A stretch of 63,498 nt of DNA, filler included, from Acidimicrobiia bacterium (GTDB taxonomy: Bacteria > Actinomycetota > Acidimicrobiia > Spongiisociales > JAHEDJ01): the NCBI GenBank assembly GCA_029210695.1. It is 7 parts of 7 records of this genome, joined end to end, with 100 filler letters (N's around TTAATTAATTAA, not from the genome) between each part and the next. Parts side by side here need not be neighbours in the genome. Positions count along the whole stretch, not along the records: positions 1 to 10,970 come from JARGFH010000088.1; 6 more parts are not named here. One strand, given 5' to 3'. This document shows positions 1-10,489 of the stretch, piece after piece; position 1 is the stretch's first letter, and every line of letters starts with the position of its first letter. The notes beneath the pieces are model-generated. The model was not told the DNA's origin, did not search any database, and was given only the letters and a program-made list of their open reading frames with translations. The position numbers and the translations under genes were made by a program.

Positions 1-2
1 AA

Positions 3-76
3 ACAACCCGCCCCGGACCCGACCATGAATTGGGTTAGGAACCCGGCGACCTATATCAAAGAGTCAGATACACCTC
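3..76. mobile_element. IS terminus, same end as 63425-63498; family uncertain (possibly IS256-like)
   Basis: 74 bp exact reverse complement of 63425-63498; outer end GAGGTGTATCTGACTC; at a contig edge and truncating an ORF. Confidence 0.75.
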
Positions 77-362
77 ATCCGGGGTGGTCCCGGCGTCAGT
101 CTCCGGAGCGGTCGAATCGATCGCCTCGACCTCCGTCGGTTGAACTGCAGGCTCGTTCGGAACCATCGACGCTACGGCTGGTCCGACGGCGGTGAAGAAG
201 ACAATCGCGGGAACGATGCGGTACCAAACGGGAAGGGCTGCACGATGCCGGCCCGGCGGCGGTCCCTTCGCCAGGAACGCAACCAGGCTTCGCGTCCGAT
301 GTTGCCCAACCCGGGTCGCCCGAACCCGGGGCACCTGCGGTGGCAAGAAGTCCCCCTTCACG
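77..362 (-). pseudogene. N-terminal part of a membrane-anchored/secreted protein interrupted by the IS end
   Basis: Frame of ORF 56..472 has a hydrophobic stretch (WYRIVPAIVFFTAVGPAVA) then a P/T/E linker that runs into the IS end; start uncertain. Confidence 0.45.
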
Positions 363-556
363 CCTCCTTCTGTCGAACATAGCAAAGATTTCGGACTGGG
401 TGTTGGGTAGTGTTTTCGCGATCTCGTGACCGTTGGCGGTACACCGCTACCCCTGGAGGCCCGAGCCGTCAACGGTACGCTTGGCCTTGTGTCGATTGGC
501 CTGCTGAGCCGTCAGGCACTGGCGCGGTGAGCCCCAAGCCGACCCGCGACCCGCGG

Positions 557-2014
557 CTAGCTCGCCATATCCTCCGCCAGGGCGACGAGCGTCCGTACCG
601 CGAAGCCCGACCCGCCCTTGCGGAAGTAATGCTCCTCCTCGGTCCACCTGGCCGGTCCGGCGATGTCGAGGTGGACCCAGCGGTTCTCCCCGACGTATTC
701 CTGGAGAAACAAGGCGGCGTGGATGGCTCCGCCGTAGCGGCCCCCGGAGATGTTCTTGATGTCGGCGATGTCGGAGTCCATCGCCTTGCGATAGTCGGCC
801 GCTAGGGGCATATGCCAGAACCGTTCCCCGGTGCGGGCGGCCGCCCTGAGCACCTGGTCGGCTGCCTCTTGATCGTTCGACCACAGCCCGGCAATCTTGT
901 CGCCGAGCGCGACGTGGCAGGCTCCGGTCAGTGTCGCAATGTCGACCATCAGGTCGGGTTCGTGTTCGGCGGCCAGTGAAAGCCCGTCGGCGAGGACCAG
1001 CCTGCCCTCAGCGTCGGTGTTCAGTACTTCGATCGATGTGCCGTTCCTTGGTACGAGCACATCTCCGGGCCGGGTGGCGCCGCCGCCCGGCATGTTTTCG
1101 GTGATGGGGGTGATGCCAAGGACCTTGATTGGCAGTCCCAGCGCGGCGATGGCCTGCATGGTTCCGAACACCACGGCGGCACCCGACATGTCGGTCTTCA
1201 TGTCCTCCATTGAGGCCGCCGGCTTCAGCGAGAGGCCGCCGGAGTCGAAGACGATTCCCTTTCCAACCAGGGCGAGGAAGGCTCTTGGATTCTCCGGCTC
1301 GTACCACATCTCCACCATCCGGGCCGGGTTGTGGGCTCCTGCGGCGACGCCGGCGAGCGCTCCGAATCGCTCATCGGAGAACTCATCCGGTTGGTAGATC
1401 CGGATACGCAGGGAATGCTCTTCAGCAATCGCGGCGGCGATCCCCGCCAGCGTCTCCGGGGACTTGCCGTTGGCAGGCTCGTTGATGAGGTCGCGAGCCA
1501 GCATCGCTCCCAGAACGCCCGGCCGGGCCGCTTCCGCCGCCTCGGCCGCTGTGTCACTGTCATCGCCGACGAAGGAGAGCGTCTCGATTCGGGCCGGTTC
1601 CGACTCCGACCGGTACTTATCGAAGCGGTACAGCGCCAGGAGAAAACCCTCCGCCACGGCGCGAGCGGCACCGTCGACGTCCACGAGGTGGAGTGTGGTC
1701 GACACCTGGTCCAGGCGGGAGGCTGAGCGGGCCAGCCATCCGGCTGCTTGGCGAACCGTCTCCATATCCGCTTCCTCACCAAGACCGACGAAGGCATATG
1801 AGGAGAAGGGTGCGCCGGTCGATCCCGAGATGATGGCGACCTGGCCCAGCTTGCCGCTGAAGTCGATCAGATCGAGCTGGGCCTCCAGGCCGTGCCCTAT
1901 CGCGGCGACCGCCACGTCGGCGCCGGGCCCCCAGGTGCGATCGCTGAAGACGGGAACGGCGAGGAGTTTCCCCTCAGCCGCGACGAGTGAAGTACCTGCT
2001 GCGAAATCGACCAT
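557..2014 (-). CDS. pepA: Leucyl aminopeptidase (M17)
   Basis: VGKGIVFDSGG, MKTDMSG, NTDAEGRL motifs; ATG at 2014 overlaps upstream TAA (TAATG). Confidence 0.95.
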   Translation of the reverse strand: MVDFAAGTSLVAAEGKLLAVPVFSDRTWGPGADVAVAAIGHGLEAQLDLIDFSGKLGQVAIISGSTGAPFSSYAFVGLGEEADMETVRQAAGWLARSASRLDQVSTTLHLVDVDGAARAVAEGFLLALYRFDKYRSESEPARIETLSFVGDDSDTAAEAAEAARPGVLGAMLARDLINEPANGKSPETLAGIAAAIAEEHSLRIRIYQPDEFSDERFGALAGVAAGAHNPARMVEMWYEPENPRAFLALVGKGIVFDSGGLSLKPAASMEDMKTDMSGAAVVFGTMQAIAALGLPIKVLGITPITENMPGGGATRPGDVLVPRNGTSIEVLNTDAEGRLVLADGLSLAAEHEPDLMVDIATLTGACHVALGDKIAGLWSNDQEAADQVLRAAARTGERFWHMPLAADYRKAMDSDIADIKNISGGRYGGAIHAALFLQEYVGENRWVHLDIAGPARWTEEEHYFRKGGSGFAVRTLVALAEDMAS

Positions 2015-2565
2015 TACTGCTCCTGTTGGGGTCGGGACGGTTGCCACTCGGATTCGGTGGCCCGCACGAGGGTGTAGAGATAATCGGCCAGGCGATTGAG
2101 ATACGGGATCACCGCGCTTGCGTCGAGGCCTCCGGCGCGTGCGTAGGAGACACAGCGCCGCTCGGCACGCCTCACCACGGCCCGGGCGTGATCGAGGGCA
2201 GCGGGCAGCGGTGCCCCGCCCGGGACGAGGAACTCCGTCGGCTGCCCGATCTCGTTGACTACCTCGTCGATCCATAGCTCGAGTTGCTCGACCATGCCTT
2301 GGGTGGTGCGGCTGACTCCGTCCTCGAGTTTGTGACGGTTCTCAGGAGCAGTCGCCAGTTCGGCAGCCACGACGAACAACTCACGCTGGAGTTGCAGCAG
2401 GCGAGCGGCGAGGTCGTCGGTAGCCGCTGCTCGGGCTACGGCCAGCACGGCGACCGCCTCGTCGACGGCTCCGTAGGCCTCCGGCGCCATATCGTTCTTC
2501 CAGACGCGGCCACCGTAAAACAGACCCGTGGTGCCGTCGTCGCCCTTCTTGGTGTAGATACGCAC
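2014..2565 (-). CDS. ATP:cob(I)alamin adenosyltransferase, PduO type
   Basis: IYTKKGDDGTT, YGAVDE, ARAVVRRAER, YLNRLADYL motifs. Confidence 0.93.
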   Translation of the reverse strand: MRIYTKKGDDGTTGLFYGGRVWKNDMAPEAYGAVDEAVAVLAVARAAATDDLAARLLQLQRELFVVAAELATAPENRHKLEDGVSRTTQGMVEQLELWIDEVVNEIGQPTEFLVPGGAPLPAALDHARAVVRRAERRCVSYARAGGLDASAVIPYLNRLADYLYTLVRATESEWQPSRPQQEQ

Positions 2566-2576
2566 TGAGACGGATG

Positions 2577-3266
2577 TTATCCCGAAAGGAGTGAAGATCC
2601 GTCACCCAGCAGTGACCGACCGCTGATCGTTGCACCAACAACGGTGAGGACGGCCAGGTATGAGAGGCCCGTGGCAGCCATGACCCCGCTGTACCCGCGT
2701 TCCCGGAGGGCACCCCACACGCCGGCCATCAGCAGTGCGCTCATCACCACCAATCCGACAAACGCCCAACCGACGACCTGGATGTCCGATTCCCAGGTCA
2801 GGGCACCCCTGGAGGCGAGGATTCCGGCGTCGGCGAGGAGTCCGACCGAGGCGGCCCCGTCGAGTGATTTAAGTGCCCAACGGGGGAGTCTGGGATCGAT
2901 CAGGTACCAGTGCCCGAGCAACATCTCGTCGGTTACTGCCCCGAGGGTGACGGCTCCCGTGACGGTCAGAAGTACACCTCCTGATGCGATCGCCGTGGCA
3001 AAAAATCCGGCGGCTGCGGCGCCGAACGCCAGGGCCATCCAGATCGGTCGACGAACAAGTGAGGCAGCGGCAACTAGAGACAGCAGTCCCACCAGTGTTC
3101 CCGGCGCCACCCCGAAGACGAGGGCGCCGGCTCCCATCAGGGCCGACGATCCGGCGATGAGCCAATGGAATCCCGATCCGACGATACGCCACAGTGCGAT
3201 CGGAATGGCGCCGATGGCAATGCCGGCGGCCCACATGGTCAGGATGAGTTCCGGGCCCAGTTCGAT
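2577..3266 (-). CDS. Integral membrane protein of unknown function
   Basis: Many hydrophobic segments; MLLGHWYL and GVMAATGLSYLA motifs; start uncertain (SD GAGGAG precedes ATC at 3266). Confidence 0.75.
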   Translation of the reverse strand: MELGPELILTMWAAGIAIGAIPIALWRIVGSGFHWLIAGSSALMGAGALVFGVAPGTLVGLLSLVAAASLVRRPIWMALAFGAAAAGFFATAIASGGVLLTVTGAVTLGAVTDEMLLGHWYLIDPRLPRWALKSLDGAASVGLLADAGILASRGALTWESDIQVVGWAFVGLVVMSALLMAGVWGALRERGYSGVMAATGLSYLAVLTVVGATISGRSLLGDGSSLLSG

Positions 3267-3406
3267 GAGGTCTCCTCGCCAGTGGGGGAGTATATGAGTA
3301 GCGGGTCGCGAGTCGCGGGCCTCGAATTGCGGGTTGCGGTGGCTGGGGCCGATGTATTTGATCGCCCGGCGCGCTATGTTGCGATCCTGAGACTGAGGAG
3401 ATGCGC

Positions 3407-4270
3407 ATGAAGTGGAAGAAGAAGTTCGAGACCGTCCTCGGCCACCGCATGGCGTATGTCGAGGCGGGCAAGGGCGATCCCATCGTCTTTCTCCACGGCA
3501 ACCCGACATCATCGTATCTGTGGCGCAACGTCATGCCGCACCTCGAGAAACAGGGCCGCCTGATCGCACCGGATCTCATCGGGATGGGTGACAGTGAGAA
3601 ACTGTATCCGGGTGGCCCCAATGCGTATACGTTCGCCGCGCACCGGATGCACCTCGATGCCTTTCTGATCGAGCTCGGCGTGAAGGCCAACGTCACCCTC
3701 GTCGTCCACGACTGGGGTTCCGGCCTCGGCTTCGACTGGGCCAACCGTCACCGTGACGCGCTGAAGGGCATCGCCTACATGGAAGCCATCGTGGCACCGG
3801 TCTCGTGGGATGATTGGCCGGCCGACGCCACCCAGATCTTCAAGGCCATGCGGTCCGCCGCGGGCGAGGAGATCGTCCTCACCAAGAACGTCTTCGTCGA
3901 GCGGATTCTCCCCGGTTCGATCCTGCGCGACCTCACCGACATCGAGATGAAGGAATACCGCAGGCCGTTCCTGGAGGCCGGTGAAGCGAGGAGACCTACG
4001 CTCACCTGGCCGAGGCAGATCCCGATCGACGGCGAACCGGCGGAGGTTCACGCGGTAGTCGCCGCCTACTCCGAATGGCTGGCAGGCGCCGACCTGCCCA
4101 AGCTGTTCATCAACGCCGAACCTGGTTCCATCCTCACCGGCCGTCAGCGAGAACTCTGCCGGGCCTGGCCCAACCAGACCGAGGTGACGGTCCCGGGCCT
4201 GCATTTCATCCAGGAAGACTCCCCCGACGCGATCGGGTCGGCCATTGCCGGCTGGTACGCCGCCCTCTGA
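3407..4270 (+). CDS. dhaA: Haloalkane dehalogenase (LinB/DhaA-like)
   Basis: [19 protein letters not shown] nucleophile elbow, [16 protein letters not shown] before ATG 3407. Confidence 0.92.
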   Translation: MKWKKKFETVLGHRMAYVEAGKGDPIVFLHGNPTSSYLWRNVMPHLEKQGRLIAPDLIGMGDSEKLYPGGPNAYTFAAHRMHLDAFLIELGVKANVTLVVHDWGSGLGFDWANRHRDALKGIAYMEAIVAPVSWDDWPADATQIFKAMRSAAGEEIVLTKNVFVERILPGSILRDLTDIEMKEYRRPFLEAGEARRPTLTWPRQIPIDGEPAEVHAVVAAYSEWLAGADLPKLFINAEPGSILTGRQRELCRAWPNQTEVTVPGLHFIQEDSPDAIGSAIAGWYAAL

Positions 4271-4274
4271 TCTG

Positions 4275-5213
4275 TTGGGGGTTGCGCTGCGGCGCGGCGT
4301 AACCCGGCTCCTGCTGGCGGCCGCAACGGGATTGAGCGTGGCAGCTGCGCTCGGGTTGCTCGGCGAGTTCTGGTGGGTCTTCGACCTCCTGGCGCATCCT
4401 CGCCTGCAGTATTCGGTTCTGCTGGCTGCGACGGCAGGCGGACTGGCGCTGGTCGGCCGCGGCAGACCGGCCGTAGTGGTCGTCCTGATCGCAATCGCCA
4501 ATGGTGTGGTCGTGGCGCCCCTATTCCTGGACAAGCCCGCTGAGAGCGTCGCCGGCGGGCCGGTGCTGACGGTTGTCAGCTTCAACGTTCAGGTACGAAA
4601 CCCTGATCGTGACGCGGTGATTCAGTGGGTGGGCGATCTCGATGCCGATGTCGTATTCCTGTGGGAGACCAGCCAACCGTGGAGAGACGAGTTCACAGCC
4701 GCAGGACTTCCATATTTCCAATCGGAACCCCTTCAGGAAGGCACGACCATCGGTGGTCTCGTGCTCACGAGGGACCCGGCCCGGGTTCGGTTACTCGAGA
4801 CGGGTGAACGATCGTCGATCGAGGTGGTTGTTCCCTTCGGCGATGTCGAGGCCGTCATTCTCGGCGCTCATCCATTTCCCCCGATGTCGGGCCGCCGGTC
4901 CGCGGAACGCGACGCCCAACTCACCACGATTGCGGCGTACGCCGACGACGTCGATGGCCCGTTGATCGTGACCGGCGACTTGAACTCGACGCCCTGGTCG
5001 GCTGCGTTCCGACCCCTTGGGGAGGGATTGACGAACTCGATGAACGGCTTCGGGTGGCAGCCGAGCTATCCGGCGGGGAGCGGGCCCTTCATGCTTCCCA
5101 TCGACCACCTGCTGCACAACGAGTACCTGACCACCGTTGCCCGCTCGGTCGGCCCCGATCTCGGGTCCGACCATCTTCCGATCATCGTCACCCTGGCTGC
5201 CGCCGACCGGTGA
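4275..5213 (+). CDS. Membrane-anchored endonuclease/exonuclease/phosphatase (EEP) family protein
   Basis: N-terminal TM helices; SFNV, GDLNST, IDH, SDHLP motifs; start approximate. Confidence 0.85.
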   Translation: MGVALRRGVTRLLLAAATGLSVAAALGLLGEFWWVFDLLAHPRLQYSVLLAATAGGLALVGRGRPAVVVVLIAIANGVVVAPLFLDKPAESVAGGPVLTVVSFNVQVRNPDRDAVIQWVGDLDADVVFLWETSQPWRDEFTAAGLPYFQSEPLQEGTTIGGLVLTRDPARVRLLETGERSSIEVVVPFGDVEAVILGAHPFPPMSGRRSAERDAQLTTIAAYADDVDGPLIVTGDLNSTPWSAAFRPLGEGLTNSMNGFGWQPSYPAGSGPFMLPIDHLLHNEYLTTVARSVGPDLGSDHLPIIVTLAAADR

Positions 5214-5240
5214 CTCTGGCAGGCCCGGTAGCCTTGCACC

Positions 5241-6686
5241 ATGACCAAGCCCGCCAACACCTACGCTGATCACCGCCGCCGGTTTCTCGCCGACCTGGGC
5301 GACGCTGTCGCAGTGATTCCTGCCGGCCACGAACAACCACGCAACGATGACGTCGACCACGAGTTCCGACAGGACTCAGATTTCTACTTCCTCACCGGCT
5401 TTCCAGAACCCGATGCGGTGGTCGTGCTGGATGCCGATCGTTTCACGTTGTTCGTCCGACCTCGAGACCGCGAGATGGAAACCTGGAACGGCTACCGGGC
5501 CGGAGTCCAGGGCGCCATGGAACGGTTTGGCGCCGATGACGCCTACCCGATCGACGATCTCGAATCAGTCCTGCTGGATCGCCTGATCGGTCACTCCGAG
5601 ATGTACTACCGGTGGGGCGGGCGACTCGACGGCCGCATGTCGGAGCTACTGAAGAAGCTCCCATCTCTTCATGAACGATTCGGGTACCGGGTGCCGTTCA
5701 CGATCACCGATCCGACCTCGATTGTCGGCGAGCTGCGGTTGCAGAAGTCGGAGGCCGACCTCGAGCTGCTCCGGGAGGCGTGCAACGTCAGTGCGGCCGG
5801 CCACCTCGAAGCAATGCGGTTCTCGTCTCCGGGCCGCTTCGAGTATCAGGTTCAGTCGGCGATGGAGTATGTGTTCCGTCAGCACGGCTCGATGCGGAAC
5901 GGTTACCCGTCGATTGTCGCTTCAGGCACGAACGCCACCGTGTTGCACTACACCGAAAACGATCGTCGGATGGAAGATGGCGATCTGGTGTTGATCGACG
6001 CCGCCGCCGAGTGTGGGTATTTCTCAGCAGACATCACGAGAACGTTTCCCGTGAACGGACGGTTCACCGGCCCGCAACGAGCGGTGTACGAGGTCGTCCT
6101 GGCCGCCGAACGGGCAGGAATTGCGGCTGCTTTGCCCGGCGCCACGATGCGCGGCATTCACGAGACGGCGAGGCGGGTGATCGTCGAGGGTCTGGTAGAG
6201 CTGGGGTTGCTGCCCGCCGGCGTCGACGAATCGATCACCATGCATCACTACCGGGAGTTCTTCATGCACGGAACCGGTCACTGGCTGGGCATGGACGTGC
6301 ATGATGCCGGAACATACATGCTCGACGGAGAACACCGACGTCTCGAACCCGGGATGACCTTCACGGTGGAGCCCGGCCTCTATGTGCGAAGCGACCAGGA
6401 CGTAGCCACGTTCCACCTTGCTGAGTACGACCTCGACAAGTGGACGGAGCGTCGGCTCAAGCTCGGGTTGCAGAAGGCAAAGGCGCTCGAAGCTGAGGAG
6501 CTCGACAAGGCCGGGTCGATCGAGCACCCGATCCCCGAGGAGTTCCGCGGCATCGGGGTTCGCATTGAAGACGACATCTTGATAACAACTTCCGGCAACG
6601 AGAACCTGACGGCAGCTGTGCCGGTCGATCTAGAAGCCGTTGAAGCAGTGTGCGGGGAAGCGAGCCGGCTTCCCTTCCTGACTTGA
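5241..6686 (+). CDS. pepP: Xaa-Pro aminopeptidase (M24B)
   Basis: FRQDSDFYFLTG, LIDAA, ADITRT, HGTGHWLGMDVHD, TVEPG, RIEDD. Confidence 0.95.
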   Translation: MTKPANTYADHRRRFLADLGDAVAVIPAGHEQPRNDDVDHEFRQDSDFYFLTGFPEPDAVVVLDADRFTLFVRPRDREMETWNGYRAGVQGAMERFGADDAYPIDDLESVLLDRLIGHSEMYYRWGGRLDGRMSELLKKLPSLHERFGYRVPFTITDPTSIVGELRLQKSEADLELLREACNVSAAGHLEAMRFSSPGRFEYQVQSAMEYVFRQHGSMRNGYPSIVASGTNATVLHYTENDRRMEDGDLVLIDAAAECGYFSADITRTFPVNGRFTGPQRAVYEVVLAAERAGIAAALPGATMRGIHETARRVIVEGLVELGLLPAGVDESITMHHYREFFMHGTGHWLGMDVHDAGTYMLDGEHRRLEPGMTFTVEPGLYVRSDQDVATFHLAEYDLDKWTERRLKLGLQKAKALEAEELDKAGSIEHPIPEEFRGIGVRIEDDILITTSGNENLTAAVPVDLEAVEAVCGEASRLPFLT

Positions 6687-6777
6687 GCCGCGCAAAGCGA
6701 ATCGGAAAGACCATCCCGCGATCTGATCCCTCCGGCCGCTGCTCGACGCCGGTCTAGCCGGTACGATGGGACACGCC

Positions 6778-7560
6778 ATGGCCAGCCGAGATCGAATTCT
6801 CAAACCGCTGTACCGGTTGTATGAAGGACGCCTCGAACGCGATCTCTATCCGGGCGTTGTCCCCCGCCACATCGGCATCATCCTGGACGGACACCGCCGT
6901 TACGCCCGCAGTGAGGGACTTCCCGATTACGCGGCTAGTTATCGAGTAGGCATGGAGAAGTTTGAGGAGTTCCTCGGCTGGGCACATCATCTTCAGGTGC
7001 CGGCCATCACCGGGTGGTTGCTCTCGACTCACAACCTGCAGCGACCGCCGGCTGAGCTCGAGCCCTACTTCGAAGTCCTGATTGAGCTGTTCGAGCGACT
7101 CCCTTCCCGTGCCGTCGAACAGGAAATGGCTGTTCGGTTCATCGGTAGCCTCGACCTTCTCCCGGCGGAACTCGTGGCCGCGGCCAAAGCGCTCGAGGAA
7201 CGCTGCGCGGAGGGCACGCGCCGTCTCACCATGGCGGTCGGTTATGGAGGCAGGCAGGAGATCGTGGACGCCGTTCGAGAATTGGTCTCGGACCTCGCCG
7301 CCGACGGTGTGCAAGCATCAGACATCGCAGACCACATCGACATCGACGCCGTCCAGGCCCATCTGTACACAGCCGACCTGCCGGACCCCGATCTGGTCAT
7401 CCGTACCTCCGGGGAGGCGAGGCTGTCGGGGTTCCTGTTGTGGCAGAGTGCGTACGCCGAGTACGTCTTCGTGGACGTCTACTGGCCGGCTTTCCGTCGC
7501 GTTGATCTCCTACGCTCTCTGAGGGATTTCGCACGCCGGGAACGCCGGTTCGGCAAATAG
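6778..7560 (+). CDS. uppS: cis-prenyltransferase (polyprenyl diphosphate synthase)
   Basis: HIGIILDGHRR, YGGRQEI, PDLVIRTSGEARLSGFLLWQSAY; start 6766 or 6778. Confidence 0.92.
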   Translation: MASRDRILKPLYRLYEGRLERDLYPGVVPRHIGIILDGHRRYARSEGLPDYAASYRVGMEKFEEFLGWAHHLQVPAITGWLLSTHNLQRPPAELEPYFEVLIELFERLPSRAVEQEMAVRFIGSLDLLPAELVAAAKALEERCAEGTRRLTMAVGYGGRQEIVDAVRELVSDLAADGVQASDIADHIDIDAVQAHLYTADLPDPDLVIRTSGEARLSGFLLWQSAYAEYVFVDVYWPAFRRVDLLRSLRDFARRERRFGK

Positions 7561-7717
7561 GTACCGGCATCGCATTCAGGAAACGGATCAGGTGCAGGAC
7601 ACGAGATGGCTCGTTAACTGAAGCGACCGCCCTGGGCCGGGGCGGTCGCTATGGTCGGGCTAACACGGGAGGCGGATTCGTGTTATGTGTCCACTATCGG
7701 CCACGGAGAGCGGTGAC

Positions 7718-8272
7718 TTGAGCGGTTTTTTTGGAAACCTGATAGACCACCTGCGAGGCAATGCGGTGCGCACCGATGGGCCGTACACCCTGCGTTCGGG
7801 GCAGGTGTCATCTTGGTATATCGATGCCCGGCAGACCACCTTCGATGGTGGCGGTGCGCGCCTGGTCGGCGCGGCCGTGTTGGAGCGACTCGCCAACGAG
7901 GTGACCGCGGTGGGTGGTATGACCATGGGAGCGGATCCCATTGCGGTCGCCACCGCCGTCGTCGCAGCAGAAACCGGACGGCCCCTCCGTGCCTTCTCCG
8001 TTCGTAAAGAGGCAAAGGATCATGGTGTCGGCGGCCGCTTGGTCGGGCCGGTCGTCGAGGGCGACGTCGTTGTCGCGCTCGATGACACGGTGACCACGGG
8101 AACGGCGCTGATCGAATCGATCGACGTCATGATCGAAGGTGGACTCCGAGTGGCGCAGGCAATCTGCCTGGTTGATCGCAGTGGGGGACAAGCAGAACGC
8201 AGATGTTCGGAACTCGGCGTCCCGTTCGTCGCGCTGGTATTGCCGGCCGATCTCGGCGTGGAGGGTCCATGA
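7718..8272 (+). CDS. pyrE: Orotate phosphoribosyltransferase
   Basis: TLRSGQVSSWYID, VRKEAKDHG, ALDDTVTTG PRPP motif; start approximate. Confidence 0.93.
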   Translation: MSGFFGNLIDHLRGNAVRTDGPYTLRSGQVSSWYIDARQTTFDGGGARLVGAAVLERLANEVTAVGGMTMGADPIAVATAVVAAETGRPLRAFSVRKEAKDHGVGGRLVGPVVEGDVVVALDDTVTTGTALIESIDVMIEGGLRVAQAICLVDRSGGQAERRCSELGVPFVALVLPADLGVEGP

Positions 8273-8826
8273 CTACGGTCCGGGTCGGACGCTCACCCAT
8301 CCGGATGTGGCTATTTGCTTTGGCCGGCGTGCCGTTTGTTGTCGTCGGGGCCGATTTTCTCGCCCGGCGTCGCATCCTGAACTGGCTAGTGACGCTCGTC
8401 TACGAAGATCGGACCCCGGATGCCTTTGAAGCTCGCGATACGCTGTGGGCAATCCTTTTCCTCCTGTTTGGACTCGTGCTGGTCGTTGTGGGGCTGAAGG
8501 AACTCCTCCGCCCGCGACCGACCCTCATCGCGGACGAAGCCACCACGCGCTGGGCCCTGCGCGGTCCGTTCCGGTCACTTGTCGAGATTCCATGGGAGAT
8601 GATCACGGGTTGGTCGGCCGTGGTAGTCGACGATGCCGGCACCGCAGTCCCGGCGCTGGTTCTGGAACTGACGGATCGCGTGGGTCTTCCAGGTAATCCA
8701 TGGGCAGCACGATGGCAAGGTGAGGCCACCTTGATCGTGTTGACCGAAGACTGGGAGCAGTCGGCCCAGGTGGTCGAGGCGGCGCTCCATGAACTCGACT
8801 CCGGCCGGTCTCGTCCCGACCGCTAA
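8269..8826 (+). CDS. Hypothetical two-TM membrane protein
   Basis: ATGA overlap with pyrE stop; two hydrophobic helices. Confidence 0.7.
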   Translation: MTTVRVGRSPIRMWLFALAGVPFVVVGADFLARRRILNWLVTLVYEDRTPDAFEARDTLWAILFLLFGLVLVVVGLKELLRPRPTLIADEATTRWALRGPFRSLVEIPWEMITGWSAVVVDDAGTAVPALVLELTDRVGLPGNPWAARWQGEATLIVLTEDWEQSAQVVEAALHELDSGRSRPDR

Positions 8827-8836
8827 GGTGCGCGAC

Positions 8837-9604
8837 ATGCTCGTTGGAGTCCACGTGCGCGGATCTGACCCGCTGGCGGCCGCGGTTGCGCGGGAAGCCG
8901 GCTGTGTTCAGGTCTTCCTCAGCAACCCGCAATCTTGGAAGAAACCACTTCCCCGTGAAGATGCCGCCGACCTCCGCGCCTCGAGCCTGCCCATCTATGT
9001 GCACGCTCCGTATCTCATCAACGTGGCGTCGCCGAACAACCGCGTACGGATTCCCAGTCGCAAGATCCTCGCCGATACCTGTGCGGCTGCCGAGGAGATC
9101 GGTGCCGCCGGAGTGATCGTTCACGCTGGGCACCTAACCGGTTCGGACGACCCGCTCGAGGTCGGGTTCGATCGGTGGAGGAAGGCGCTGGAGAGCTTCG
9201 AGACCTCGGTCCCGATTCTGATCGAGAACACTGCCGGCGGTGAGAACGCGATCGGCCGGGAGGTTGAAGTCATCGGGCGCCTCTGGCAGGTCATCGGCGA
9301 CCTCGACGTCGGTTTTTGCCTCGACACGTGCCACGCCTGGGCGTCGGGCCAGGACCTCGACGGGATTGTGGAGCGGGTGCTGGCGGCAACGGGGAGGATC
9401 GACCTCGTTCACTGCAACGATTCGCGCGACCCGTTCGACTCGAGGCGCGATCGCCACGCCAATCTCGGTGCAGGAGAGATCCCCCCCGAACTCATTCTGA
9501 GCGTCGTCAGGCAAGCCGCCGCGCCGGTCGTTGTGGAGACTCCCGGCGAGCCGGAGGATCAAGCGGCCGACATCCGCTGGCTGCGGCAACACCTGTCTGG
9601 TTGA
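8837..9604 (+). CDS. nfo: Endonuclease IV (actinobacterial type)
   Basis: [39 protein letters not shown]. Confidence 0.93.
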   Translation: MLVGVHVRGSDPLAAAVAREAGCVQVFLSNPQSWKKPLPREDAADLRASSLPIYVHAPYLINVASPNNRVRIPSRKILADTCAAAEEIGAAGVIVHAGHLTGSDDPLEVGFDRWRKALESFETSVPILIENTAGGENAIGREVEVIGRLWQVIGDLDVGFCLDTCHAWASGQDLDGIVERVLAATGRIDLVHCNDSRDPFDSRRDRHANLGAGEIPPELILSVVRQAAAPVVVETPGEPEDQAADIRWLRQHLSG

Positions 9605-9607
9605 GCA

Positions 9608-10444
9608 TTGACGGAGCTCTTGGCGCTGACGTCGGCGATGGCGTACGGGGTGGCGGACTTCCTGGGGGGCTTCGCCACGAAGCGACGCCACGTGCTCCGT
9701 GTTCTCGCCGTCGCTCATTCAGTCGGATTGGCGGTCGTGCTGGGCGTTGCCCTGATCGGAGGTGGTTCGCCAGGTCTCAGCGACCTCTGGTGGGGAGCAG
9801 CGGCGGGTTCGGCCGGCCTGGTCGGCCTCGGGTTCTTCTACTGGAGCCTCGCAATTGGGACGATGGGAGTGGTTGCGCCCGTGACGGCGGCCGTCGGCGC
9901 AGCTATCCCCGTGGTCGTCGGTCTGGTGATTGGAGAACGGCCGGCACCATCGGCGGCCCTCGGCGTGGTCGCCACCCTTGGAGCGATCGTGTTGGTGAGC
10001 GCAGGTGATTCGACCGGCTGGATCAAGCACCCGGCGGCGATGAGGAAATCACTGATCGGCGCGGTGGTAGCCGGCGGCGGCTTCGGTTTCTTCTTCGTTC
10101 TTCTGTCGCAGGTTGATGCGGCGGCGGGAATGTGGCCGCTGGTGGCGGCCAGGTCCACTTCCACCGGCATCGTTGTCGTGCTCCTTCTGCTCCTTCGGCC
10201 GGCCGCGACTCCCGGTGGCGTCGCCCCCAGTTCGGCAGCGGGCGTTCTCGACATCACCGCCAACGTGTTTGTTCTGGCGGCCTTCAACGGAGGAATGCTC
10301 GTCATCGTATCTGCGCTGGCCGCCCTCTATCCGGCCGTTACCGTGCTCCTTGCTCGCTTCGTCCTCCACGAACGGCTTCGTCCGGTTCAACTCATCGGAT
10401 TGGTACTGGCGATAACGGCGGTAGCGATGATCTCGGTGGCCTGA
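9608..10444 (+). CDS. EamA/DMT family transporter
   Basis: About 10 TM; YGVADFLGG, GERP, LYPAVTVLLA..LHERL. Confidence 0.9.
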   Translation: MTELLALTSAMAYGVADFLGGFATKRRHVLRVLAVAHSVGLAVVLGVALIGGGSPGLSDLWWGAAAGSAGLVGLGFFYWSLAIGTMGVVAPVTAAVGAAIPVVVGLVIGERPAPSAALGVVATLGAIVLVSAGDSTGWIKHPAAMRKSLIGAVVAGGGFGFFFVLLSQVDAAAGMWPLVAARSTSTGIVVVLLLLLRPAATPGGVAPSSAAGVLDITANVFVLAAFNGGMLVIVSALAALYPAVTVLLARFVLHERLRPVQLIGLVLAITAVAMISVA

Positions 10445-10489
10445 CGGGAGGTGGATCCCGACACCTTCTGCTGTTGTAGGGTGTCCTGC

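Noticed and set aside
385..540. Cyclic-dinucleotide riboswitch upstream of the first ORF
   Set aside because: Some pairing potential but core consensus motifs not found
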